Origin: Eledone cirrhosa
Taxonomy: Eukaryota
Reading direction: 5' to 3'
Length of the DNA: 33,627 nt
Assembly: GCA_964016885.1 (NCBI GenBank)
Contig: CAXHJY010001181.1
Span: 1-33,627 of the forward strand
In this document: positions 9,843 to 19,989 of the stretch, piece after piece
How the letters are laid out: every line of letters begins with the position of its first letter
Numbering within the stretch: position 1 is the first letter of the stretch
The notes under the pieces: model-generated
Seen by the model: the letters and a program-made list of their open reading frames with translations, nothing else
The model's database searches: none
Told to the model about the DNA's origin: nothing
Made by a program: the position numbers and the translations under genes

Positions 9843-12551
9843 TTAATTGTAAGTTGTGATGTTGCTGTTCCACTCATATTTTCTATTTAATTTTGGTTTT
9901 AATTCTTTTATGCTTACTGCCTCTGTAATTTGCCTAAACATTGCGTCTTTCTTGTGTGTGGATTCTATTTTTATTTCTATGCTCTCTAGTTTACCCCTGT
10001 GTTCTATCTTAGCATGTTGGTAGAGCACAGATGATTCTTTACTATCTTGGAGGTCTCGCCAGTGTTCATTTATTCGTTCCCCTATACTACGAGCTGTCTC
10101 ACCTATGTACACTATATTTTTGTTTCTACATTGTCCTTCAGTGCATCTTATGCTATATACTACATTTCTAGTTTTACAGTTAATATGGGGGCTTATTTTA
10201 CAGGTTATACATTTCTTATCTATACATGAGTGTCTTTGGAACGGGTATGTCTTGCTAATAAGTGTTTTTACGGAGGTACCAGGTCTTTCTACTATCTTAA
10301 TATTGAGATTATGTTTCTTTAGGGCCCTTCTAAATTTGTAGGCTAGTTCGTCTCTAGGGGTTGTATTGATGAACATTACACTCTGGTATTTATTGCTATC
10401 ATACCATGAGTTTATTCTATTGGCCTTGTTCTTAGTTCTTTCTATTCTATTCCAAAATTTGCTCCTATACAAGGGGCAGGTTCCATTTATGTCATTATTT
10501 ACCATTTTTTCCCATTTGGTTCTGGCTCCTTTATACACTCTGATTCTATCTCTCTGATTGTAGCCAGAGAACTGCATACGGTGGATGAAGTGTTGTATGT
10601 GTCTCTCTAGTTCTTTGGGGTTGCACATGCGGGACACATTTCTCATCACCCGTACCAAATCCGCAATCAGTATGTTGATTTTGGTATGGTCCGAAATGGC
10701 CGAGTTTCGGTGGATCAGATGTTTGGAAGTCATGGGTTTGGCATAATGGGAATGGAGGATTTGTTTTTGGTTGTTAATAGTATCTAACCAGAGCTCTGTG
10801 TCTAGTACAGGTAGTCGATGGTTGGGGTGTCTACTTGGGTAGTCTATAGTAACTCTAATGCTCTGGTGGATGGAGTTTGCTATTTGCTGGATGCTTTCCA
10901 TTGTGTTTTTCTCTAGTTCCTGACTGTTCTTTAGTGGGGGTGTCTTAACTACGATGTTTATATCATCTACGTAGCGGGAGTACATTATCAGGGTTAAGCT
11001 GTCTTCCAATTGTTCATTAAGTTTTTGTTTAAGTCTACTGTCCCACCATACCATGAATAAGTTAGCTATGTCGCCTGCAATGCTAACACCAATGGCTGCT
11101 CCTTCCTCTTGGGCATATGTTTTACCATTAAATTTGAACATATGTTCCTTAAGGGTTAATTTTATGCTGGCCCCTACCGCATGTGCAATCATTTTCTTCA
11201 GTTCATCGTGGTTTTCGGGTGTCCGTATGGCTCTGGTCCACCCGTTCCATCTATCTGTGTGGGTTTTCTTGGCCATTGAGGTAATGGTAGGTGGTCTGCC
11301 TCTTGCTGGTCTTGTAGGGCACAGGTTGCTAAGGTCATAAGTGTCTAGGTAACTATTACTATGGGTAAGCTTAAGTAGAAGTCCCAGCTCACTGGTATCA
11401 ATCCCACGGAACTCAACCTTGCTCTCGCTGATCATTTCGACGCATTTCTCCACAGCAAAATCCACGTCAATAGATGGATACAGGGACACAACATCCATAC
11501 TGCCTATTATGCAGTTTGTTAGGTCCCCAGATCGGTTACCCGCGCCGATTCTGCTGAGGAGGTCCTCCGTGCTGTCACACACATCTGGGGACATCTCAAT
11601 GATGGGGCGTATGATCAGGGAGAGGAAGTAGGACACTCTGTAGTTACTAGCAATGTTAGCCCCACAGACTGGCCGTGTTGGTGGTCCCGCGACAGGGTCC
11701 CAGCCCGTTTTATGGTCTTTTCGAAGCCCATACAACGCCGGTACGTCATTGTTCCAGGCCTGGAAGTTGTTGGCAGTCCTTTTGTTGGGCTGCATTATAT
11801 TTGTCCACATCACCATATGGGCATTGAGGGTTTTTTCTCTATCCTCATGCTCCTGTGGTGTTACCTCTCTTGTGTTAGTGATGTGGGGTTGCATTGCCTG
11901 GATGTAGTTTGGCAGGCTGTCAACCGACATTCTGCCAGACTTGTCTGTTGGAAAGCATGCTATCTCTCCATTACGCGAGCGCTGCATGAGCTTACGCAAG
12001 CCATTTGCAGATTCTTCTCCCAGTTGCTGGGCCTCTATTCTATTATGCTTCTTGCTATACTGTTCTATAATATTTCTAAGTTCGGATTTAGCTATACTAA
12101 ATTGTGCTTCTGTTTGTTCATCGACCTGCGACGGCAACTGCGTGCGTTTGTTAAATGGCAAAGTCGTGGCGTGGACTCGTCGTAGGTCGAATGATTTATC
12201 GGAGGGGTTATAAAACGGAGAGTTCCAGGCTGCTGCTTTATGTGTACTAGTGCTATTGTTATTGTTAGTTGTGTTGTTTCTATTTCCACCAACAGCAGCA
12301 GCCTCAGCTTCATGGTTGTTTCTATGTCTCTCATAATTACTCCTGTCTCTTTCCACTGGCTCAATGTTGTTATCTACCCTATTTTGTGTGTCTGTGTGTT
12401 CGTCTTGGTTATTCTCTTTGTCCTTAGTCTCCCATCTCCTTTTCCTTTTAATCCTATTACTTTCTCTTATTTCTCTGATTTCTGTGCTACTGTCATTACT
12501 TGTTTTCTGTGTCTGTGTGTTTGTTAAGATTGTGGTGGTGGTGAGAGGCAT
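9843..12551 (-). CDS. PLE reverse transcriptase + Zn-knuckle + GIY-YIG endonuclease (element B, 902 aa uninterrupted)
   Basis: PTDKSG, LYGLRKDHK, PTRPV, SMDVVSLYPSI (motif A), GAAIGVSIAG, YSRYVDD, LDTELW, HYAKPM, CIDKKCITC, VVY...YIGETAR..ER..EH, E..SI...P.LN. The true start probably lies upstream across a frameshift. Confidence 0.93.
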   Translation of the reverse strand: MPLTTTTILTNTQTQKTSNDSSTEIREIRESNRIKRKRRWETKDKENNQDEHTDTQNRVDNNIEPVERDRSNYERHRNNHEAEAAAVGGNRNNTTNNNNSTSTHKAAAWNSPFYNPSDKSFDLRRVHATTLPFNKRTQLPSQVDEQTEAQFSIAKSELRNIIEQYSKKHNRIEAQQLGEESANGLRKLMQRSRNGEIACFPTDKSGRMSVDSLPNYIQAMQPHITNTREVTPQEHEDREKTLNAHMVMWTNIMQPNKRTANNFQAWNNDVPALYGLRKDHKTGWDPVAGPPTRPVCGANIASNYRVSYFLSLIIRPIIEMSPDVCDSTEDLLSRIGAGNRSGDLTNCIIGSMDVVSLYPSIDVDFAVEKCVEMISESKVEFRGIDTSELGLLLKLTHSNSYLDTYDLSNLCPTRPARGRPPTITSMAKKTHTDRWNGWTRAIRTPENHDELKKMIAHAVGASIKLTLKEHMFKFNGKTYAQEEGAAIGVSIAGDIANLFMVWWDSRLKQKLNEQLEDSLTLIMYSRYVDDINIVVKTPPLKNSQELEKNTMESIQQIANSIHQSIRVTIDYPSRHPNHRLPVLDTELWLDTINNQKQILHSHYAKPMTSKHLIHRNSAISDHTKINILIADLVRVMRNVSRMCNPKELERHIQHFIHRMQFSGYNQRDRIRVYKGARTKWEKMVNNDINGTCPLYRSKFWNRIERTKNKANRINSWYDSNKYQSVMFINTTPRDELAYKFRRALKKHNLNIKIVERPGTSVKTLISKTYPFQRHSCIDKKCITCKISPHINCKTRNVVYSIRCTEGQCRNKNIVYIGETARSIGERINEHWRDLQDSKESSVLYQHAKIEHRGKLESIEIKIESTHKKDAMFRQITEAVSIKELKPKLNRKYEWNSNITTYN

Positions 12552-13552
12552 TGAATGCGTGTGTGTTGTTGTTGTTGATGTGTGTTGTTGTTGTCTCCGT
12601 GTGTGTGTGTGTTATCGTTGTTGTGTGTGTTGTTATTGTTGTTTGTGTTTGCGTGTCTGTTGTTGTTGTATCTGGGTATGTTGCTATTGTTGTTGTTGTT
12701 GATGTGTGTGTTGTTGTTATTGTTGTCTCCGTGTGTGTTGTTATTGTTGTTTGTGTCTGCGTGTCTGTTGTATCTGGGTATGTTGCTATTGTTGTTGTTG
12801 TATCTGGGTATGTTGCTATTGTTGTTGTTATTGTTGTTTGTGTCTGTGTGTCTGTTGTTGTTGGGATGTGTGTTGTATATGTGTGTGCGTATATTGTTGC
12901 TTTTGTTTCTGTTTTTGATGCTCCAGCGTAGTTTCGTAAATGATTTTTCTATTTCTGACAGACAACTAATCATATTTACCTTCTTGAATGTCGCAAATTT
13001 GGGTGGCAGACGTAACACAGACATTTCATTATTATCTATTTCCGTGTTTCCATAAATGTTGGTATTTTCATTGTTGAACTCTTCAGATAATGAGGTGTCG
13101 GCCATGTTGATACCGTCAATTTTGTCGGGATATCTATTGGTATACTCTATAGTATCCCGATTTAGCTTTGCCTGTTTAAGCCACTTTAATTTTCTGTTAA
13201 AGTGCTTATTACATTCTTGAGTAATGTACTGTTCTTCGGGGCGTATAAGGCTTATAAATGTTAGTTTTTCTGCTGGTGTGGTGATTTTAGATATTTCATC
13301 TATTAGGTTACGCTTTAGTTTTTCTTGATGACTTAATTCTCTATAGATCTTCTTTTTTATGTTTAGAATTAAAGTTCGTTTTAGCCTATCTGCTTGTTTT
13401 TTGGTGAGTTGTAATCTTCTAACGTCGGTATTGATGGTGTTGGTGTAGATTCTAGAGGTGGTGCACAGTTTTATGAAGTGTAGTTGTCGAGATGTTATGG
13501 TTTTTCGTAGACAACAGAACATGGTGGTTTTCAGTATCTTGTTAGCCTGGCT
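12524..13552 (-). pseudogene. N-terminal part of element B ORF, out of frame with the RT ORF within an Asn-rich tandem tract
   Basis: LRLPPKFA...CLSEIEKSFTKLRW is homologous to element C CKTELEKCFTKIRW, which is in frame with RT in C. The first ~70 aa of the tracked 413-aa ORF are read-through from the inverted arm. Confidence 0.8.
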
Positions 13553-13733
13553 AATTGAAAACACACACAAAATGAAAACACACACAAGACAAAATGAAAA
13601 CACACACACACATAGAACAAACAACCAACCAACAATAAATAAATAAATAAATAAACAAACAAATAGAAAAATATAAATAGATAAATAGAAAAATAGAAAA
13701 ATGAACACAAACACACACAGACACCCGGATGTG

Positions 13734-13884
13734 GCGCATGCGCAAACTGAGCACGCAACCCACACACAAACAAAATGGCGTAGGATAGAAGAAAGGAAAG
13801 GCGCAGAAACGAAGAAAGAAATCCCCAGTCACTGAAGAGGTCACAGAGTGTGTGACGAAAGAACTATGACTATATATATATAAA
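13734..13884 (+). promoter_or_regulatory. Putative internal Pol II promoter module in pLTR (GCGCATGCGCA, AAAATGGCG, TATATAAA)
   Basis: The same motifs occur in the same order in the otherwise dissimilar element C UTR (26971-26980, 27058-27066, 27255-27269). They resemble NRF1/Ewg, YY1 and TATA consensus. Confidence 0.5.
13827..13871 (+). ncRNA. Minimal type I hammerhead ribozyme (element B right arm)
   Basis: agtca-CTGAAGA-g-gtcac-agagtgt-gtgac-GAAA-gaac-TA-tgact. Confidence 0.8.
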
Positions 13885-14084
13885 CAACTATCTGGTTGTG
13901 GAACCAACCAACCAACCAGAAATTTATAAATTTGTAAATTTATAAATATATAATAAATTAAATTGAAGTGAAAGCAACTGGTGCGTGTGTTTCTTATTGG
14001 CAACATGACCCTCCCAAAGTATAACAATATCGGTTTCAACACACGATTTCAGATAAAGAATCTTGCTAAACAAATTCAGAAACG

Positions 14085-14306
<222 letters not shown>

Positions 14307-14565
14307 GGAAAAAATGAAACGAAATTTCATTTCCCACTCTTAGTACGGCGGTTACTTAAATATAAGTATGTACACGTACATACATATATGTATACACACG
14401 TACAGTAGTATGTATATATATACATACATGCACACATATATATATGTACGTATGGATTCACCGAACATTTATTATAATGCTCGGTGCGTTTGTAAACAAA
14501 CATCCCGTATTAAGCCGTAGTGTCTAGCAACCATCGTTGCTCGTTTGTTCAACACTGACAAAGGA

Positions 14566-14608
14566 ACGCTGTACTAGTTTCAAGCTTATTAGCTATCGTC
14601 AGCAACAT
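14566..14608 (-). ncRNA. Type I hammerhead ribozyme (left retrozyme copy)
   Basis: Reverse complement reads atgttg-CTGACGA-t-agct-aata-agct-t-GAAA-ctag-TA-cagcgt. Confidence 0.8.
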
Positions 14609-14998
14609 ATACCTTCCTGCCAGATTGTTGAACGTATATACTTACCTTATGCATATTAACGGCTGAGTAGCCCAATTTGCATATCGAGTGGGTTAATCGG
14701 CCGGGTGCATCGAAAACGGAAAAAATGAAACGAAATTTCATTTCCCACTCTTAGTACGGCATGTATGTATATATATACATACTACTGTACGTCTGTATAC
14801 ATATATGTATGTACGTGTACATACTTATATTTAAGTAACAGCCGTACTAAGAATGGGAAATGAAATTTCGTTTCATTTTTTCCGTTTATCGTTTTCGGTG
14901 CACCCGGCCGATTAACCCACTCGATATGCAAATTGGGCTACTCAGCCGTTAATATGCATAAGGTAAGTATATACGTTCAACAATCTGGCAGGAAGGTT

Positions 14999-15041
14999 AC
15001 GTTGCTGACGATAGCTAATAAGCTTGAAACTAGTACAGCGT
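14999..15041 (+). ncRNA. Type I hammerhead ribozyme (right retrozyme copy)
   Basis: acgttg-CTGACGA-t-agct-aata-agct-t-GAAA-ctag-TA-cagcgt; 6-bp helix I, palindromic helix III actagt, GUA site. Confidence 0.82.
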
Positions 15042-15232
15042 TCCTTTGTCAGTGTTGAACAAACGAGCAACGATGGTTGCTAGACACTACGGATTAATAC
15101 AAACACACCGAGCATTATAATAAATGTTCGGTGAATCCATACGTACATATATATATGTTATATGTGTGCATGTATGTATATATATACATACTACTGTACG
15201 TCTGTATACATATATGTATGTACGTGTACATA

Positions 15233-15306
<74 letters not shown>

Positions 15307-15308
<2 letters not shown>

Positions 15309-17115
15309 ACTGGCAGTAAGAGAACAAAACAGTGAGTACATTAAATTATTACACCCAAAAGACTTAAAACTTAGACCTATTATAGCTGGTCCAACATGCC
15401 CCACGCACCGTCTAAGCAATTTTGTTGACATTATTTTGAAACCACTAAGGGCGGTGAATTGGCAGTATCGGTAGAGGGTTGGACGCCATGCTTTCTAGCA
15501 TAGTTACGTCCCTTTACAGTCTGAGTTCAAATCCCGCCGAGGTTAACTTTGCCTTTCATCCTTACGGGGTCGATAAAATAAAGTACCAGTAATGTACTGG
15601 GTAGTTGCTGGCCTTGTGCCTAAAGTAGAAACAATTATTTTGAAACCACTATGTATTCACATACCCAGTGTCATCCGGGATGATATCGATTTCCTGTCCC
15701 ATCTTCCCAAAACCACGGAAACGAATTCACTTCTACTCAGTTTTGATGTGGTAAGCCTTTACACCAACATTACACATGATTTAGGAATAAAGGCGGTTAA
15801 ATACTGGGTGGAAAAACATAGAGAAGTGATTCCCATTAGATTCACAGCGCCATTTATATTAGACGCAGTTAAACTTATTCTGGAAAACAACACTTTCTTC
15901 TTCAATGGAAAGAATTACATCCAAATTAGAGGCACAGCGATGGGAACGAAGTTTGCTCCCGTTTACGTGAACTCTGTAATGGGATACTTAGAACAACAAC
16001 TCTACCAAGAAATAGAGGAAAAATATAGTACTGACTTTAGAAAGTACATTGAAAAATCTTGGAAGAGATACCTTGACGACTGTTTCATCATCTGGACAGA
16101 ATCTCTAGATACTCTGGATGAGTTCAATATCCTCCTGAATAACCTACACCCATCTCTCCAATTCACAAAAGAGATGAGTAGGACCAAATTACCATTCCTA
16201 GATATAATGATAATCAAAAACGACACCACCATTACCACGGATATATATTATAAACACACAGACACCCATCAATATCTGAATTTTAAGTCGTGCCATCCAC
16301 CTCATACAAAACGCAACATCCCATACTGCCTATCCAGAAGAATTTGTACCATTGTAGAAGATACGAATACCAGGTACAAACGCCTAACAGAACTAAGAGA
16401 ATTTTTGCTCAAACAAAAATACCCATCTCTACTTATAGAAAATGGCATACAGCGGGCTATAAAAATACCTATACAACAACTTAGGACAACCCAAGGAAGA
16501 AGAAACCAAGAACTGGTCATACCATTTATAATGACACACAACCCATGTAACCAGAATATCTTCAACACTGCCAAAGCAAACCTACCGATCATTGCTCAAA
16601 GTAAGGAATTAAAAGGCTTAATCACAGATAGATCTTTGACTCTTAATAAAAGACAGCCAAAAAATTTGAAGCAATTGCTAACAAAAGCAAAGTTTGACCT
16701 TAACAACAAAGACCAATCATTCACTGTATCTAAATGCAATGATAGTCGATGCGGCACATGTCAATCCATACACGCCGGTCAATATATGAAAACAAAAACT
16801 GGAAAAATATTCCCAAATGCAAATATGAACTGCAAAAGCAGAAATCTAATTTACTGCATTAAATGCCCGAATTGTGAGGAACTATATGTCAGTCAAACTG
16901 GAAATGCACTATCGGAACGTGCACGGGTACACCGTCAACAAATCAGAGACCCAAATGTCCGTCAGATACCCCTAAGTAACCATCTAGCAACATGTTGTCA
17001 GGGAATATTTATAATATTCCCATTTTACAAATTACACAGCCCAAGTGAAATCAAGAGAAAAATCAAAGAAAAGAATTTTATTGATAAATTCAAACCCAAG
17101 CTAAATGAACAATAA
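15307..17115 (+). pseudogene. PLE RT + GIY-YIG (Neptune-like), 5'-truncated, interrupted by a SINE
   Basis: [87 protein letters not shown]. ORFs 15124 and 15592 share one frame. Confidence 0.92.
15448..15633 (+). mobile_element. Full-length tRNA-derived SINE with 18-bp target site duplication
   Basis: TSD attattttgaaaccacta at 15430-15447 and 15634-15651; A-box-like tggcagtatcgg (15460-15471) and B-box gttcaaatcc (15525-15534); a second copy at 97-236. Confidence 0.92.
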
Positions 17116-17319
17116 TAACGCTTAGGGGTATTACTTCTACTACCACTATGACTACAACCACTAACAACAACAACAACAACAATAATAATAATAAAAGTGA
17201 TGTTGATGGTGATGATTAATAGAAAATGCTATGTTCATCATTTCTAAAAATAGAAAAACAATTGATGCCTTGGATATAATTAATTATTGGTCGTTAGACA
17301 TGTTCAACCAACCGTGACG

Positions 17320-17432
17320 CTTAAACCAATCAGCTTTAGTAATTCAGTGAAACTACACACTGATTGGTCGAAATACAGTTTACAGGGTTTAGCATTCTGG
17401 GGCCACTTTTCTCTGTATAAAATGTATAAAAG
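17320..17432 (+). promoter_or_regulatory. Putative internal promoter of element E (opposed CCAAT boxes, two TATAAAA)
   Basis: aaccaatcag (~17325), ctgattggt (~17360), gtataaaatgtataaaagg (~17415-17433), upstream of the hammerhead and the ORF1 ATG at 17738. Confidence 0.45.
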
Positions 17433-17494
17433 GTAGGAAATTTACCCATCTTATTACAGTTGAAAATTGCAAACTTGACTGTCACCACATATTA

Positions 17495-17533
17495 TGAACC
17501 TGAAGATTGTGAAAGCATGAAAGTACTTGTTCA
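17495..17533 (+). ncRNA. Minimal type I hammerhead ribozyme (element E)
   Basis: tgaac-CTGAAGA-t-tgt-gaaa-gca-t-GAAA-gtac-TT-gttca; GNRA-capped helix II, palindromic helix III agtact. Confidence 0.75.
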
Positions 17534-17737
17534 ATTAACACTTAGAATTTAATATTCTATCATACTATTTCATTATAATACCATTATATATTTTAAAGGA
17601 TTGTAAATAAAACGAGTAAATCAGACAAAGTTGGAATTCCTCTTATTAATATAATCTTCTATACACAATCATACACACCCGTGTATATTTACCTATCTCT
17701 CTCTATATATATATATTCCTATTGTGTATATGCCAAC

Positions 17738-19087
17738 ATGTCTGGAAAGCAACAAATGAAATCAACAGAATCAGAAATAATTCTAAAGGAGATATCATCG
17801 AAATTATCAACACTTATCACGATGATGGACACACAATCCTCTATTTTAAAGTAAATAGAAAAACAATCTACAGACGGAAAACTTATAACTGAACATATAA
17901 ACTCTGAAATTAAGAATTTAGCTGAAATTATACCAACAGTTATCAAAGATACAAGAGAAAGCCTACCACAACCCCCTTGGATGTCAGAAATAAACGAAAG
18001 AAATTTGGAAAACAAAACACATCGAATAAGAAAAGAAATGTGGAAGACATGGAAAAAATTCCTTAACATAAGAAAACAAAATTTCTGGAAAGCATACAAA
18101 TGCGAAAAATATGTCGAAACACATTCGAAATGGCTCTCTCTAACGGCACCCATACTCCCTCGTAAATACCTAATTACAGAAATTGCAGGAGAACCAGAAG
18201 AAGAAACAAAACTCCGATGGGAACTTACATTGACAAAATTCAGGACCGACATCTCCATTTCTGAATGTAAACAATCCCGCTACAAAGCCAAATATGAAGC
18301 TATTGATGACCAAATTGAAGTTGAAATTTCAAAGCTAACGACTGGTATTATAGCTGAAAAACTACGAGAACTATGGATCAGAGATATCTCAAAAGAATAA
18401 AACAAATCAAGAAAGGTATGGCAGCAGAAACAATTATTTCTCGACGAATATGCTGAAAATTACGGTAAAGACTCTGGAACCCTGAGAAAAAGCATTAAAA
18501 GTGGACAATCTCATCAACACAACATACGCCAGAACACGTGCCAACACAAACACTCACCTTACCTTGAATCAAAGAAGAACTACGGTAATAACTCTTCGCT
18601 TTTTCTACAAAAACACCCTATCGCACACAACATGAACAAAAAGCACAAACACGATAGATATTCCTTTGACCAGACCATGAGAAGTAGTAAAACCAGGAGA
18701 TCATTCTCAAGATCTCAACAGAGACTACCAACAAGGAATGTAGAAACAAAACGTAGAATAACCAGATCACTCTCAAGATCTCAACAGAGATTACCCACAA
18801 GAAACTGAACGAAAAAAAGATCTAAACCTGAAAGCAAACCTAGGTCATTTCCCCAGATTGTTAAAAATAATGCTAACAGGAAGAAAAATAATATACAGAA
18901 TACCAAAAATAGGACAAAATACATAACGAAACCAAATATAATATCACGACCAAAAGTTCATCAAGCGAACACCAACAGGAATATAAATCCTGAACAGAGA
19001 AAAATCCATTTTTTAACGTCAGGACAACAGAAACCGGAAAAAGAAAAACTCCAGGAGGAAACATACCCAAAACAACTGTACACGTAG
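17738..19087 (+). pseudogene. PLE ORF1 (~449 codons; helical N-half, basic R/S/N-rich C-half) with 3 point stops
   Basis: gccaacATG at 17738. One frame with no frameshift to TAG 19085-19087, interrupted only by TAA 17852, TAA 18398 and TGA 18806. Includes tracked ORF 17981-18400. Confidence 0.7.
19009..19015 (+). promoter_or_regulatory. Candidate -1 ribosomal frameshift heptamer T_TTT_TTA
   Basis: Phased correctly in ORF1 (caT TTT TTA). The -1 frame is closed by TGA 18991 just upstream and opens into ..VHVDSKIINLSKRDLDNDE. Confidence 0.6.
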
Positions 19088-19942
19088 ATTCTAAAATAAT
19101 TAATTTATCTAAAAGAGATCTTGACAATGATGAAATGTGCGTCTATGTGTCATGGTTGAATTTAATAAACACAATCTTTTGTATGTATACACATATACAC
19201 AAACATTTTTATGTATGTATATATATATATATACACAAAAAACGTTTTCGCTTTTGTATTGTTGCGTGTGTGTGGGTTTTTTTTAAAAGTTTGTTTATCA
19301 ATCTATCAATCAGTAAAATAGTGTATATGTATATAATATACACACTAATTTACTGATTGATATATTCATTATAATGTTGGATTACAATGTTCCTTATTTA
19401 TCCAACTTTTACTCGCATCATTTCACTATCCGACAGTGACGCATCTGCAAGGGTTTGCGACCGGCAAATATCAGCATTTGTAATGCAAAGGGAAGCATAG
19501 TTTCTGTGATTTGCCCTAATGATCGTATTTGTGTTTATGCATGTTTTGCACATAAAGAATGAATGCAAGGCTTCTGTACATTGTTGGGTGAGCCTAGTTT
19601 ACATGGGTTGACCATAGGCTGAGAGACTTTAAATTCACGGTCGCGGTTTCTAATAATAGGGATCAACACCAATAATACATCAAGTTGTAAAGAGTTTTAT
19701 CCCAACTATAATCCCATGAAATAATGAAGTGGTTAAAATATTTTCAGCAAATTTAATATATATTCTTCATAACATTATGTATGAATTAACTGATAACATA
19801 TTCATCGTAAATTGATGGCCAATAAATTGCTCGGTTTCAATATGATACATGCAATGTCTAATATCACTAAATAAATATTATTTATACAGATGTTTCATTA
19901 AGTTTTACATAAATTTTCTAGAGAACAATTGTCTTTTAATAG

Positions 19943-19989
19943 GAAACGAAGAGCTACAAAATCTCAATATCGAAACCGTTTTACTGAAT
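19943..19989 (+). CDS. Possible small host exon
   Basis: tcttttaatAG acceptor and GTAAGT donor; followed by a 60-nt intron-like segment ending ttttctatcctAG (20049). No recognisable protein. Confidence 0.3.

Larger units (their letters stand above)
15306..19137 (+). mobile_element. Element E: Neptune-like PLE in partial tandem (RT-EN 3' part, UTR with hammerhead, then ORF1 and RT start of next unit)
   Basis: RT-GIY-YIG ORF, promoter-like UTR, hammerhead, then a long ORF and the IINLSKRDL motif typical of PLE RT N-termini. Confidence 0.8.

Noticed and set aside
9369-9890. Duplicated 160-170-aa hydrophobic ORFs (also 13551-14042, 22434-22706, 26931-27227, 27742-27988, 32927-33173)
   Set aside because: Mostly antisense or low-complexity readings of UTRs; identical only because they lie in inverted repeats.
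12551-13055. Val/Cys/Leu-rich plus-strand ORFs resembling membrane or metallothionein-like proteins
   Set aside because: Antisense of the AAC-rich tract.
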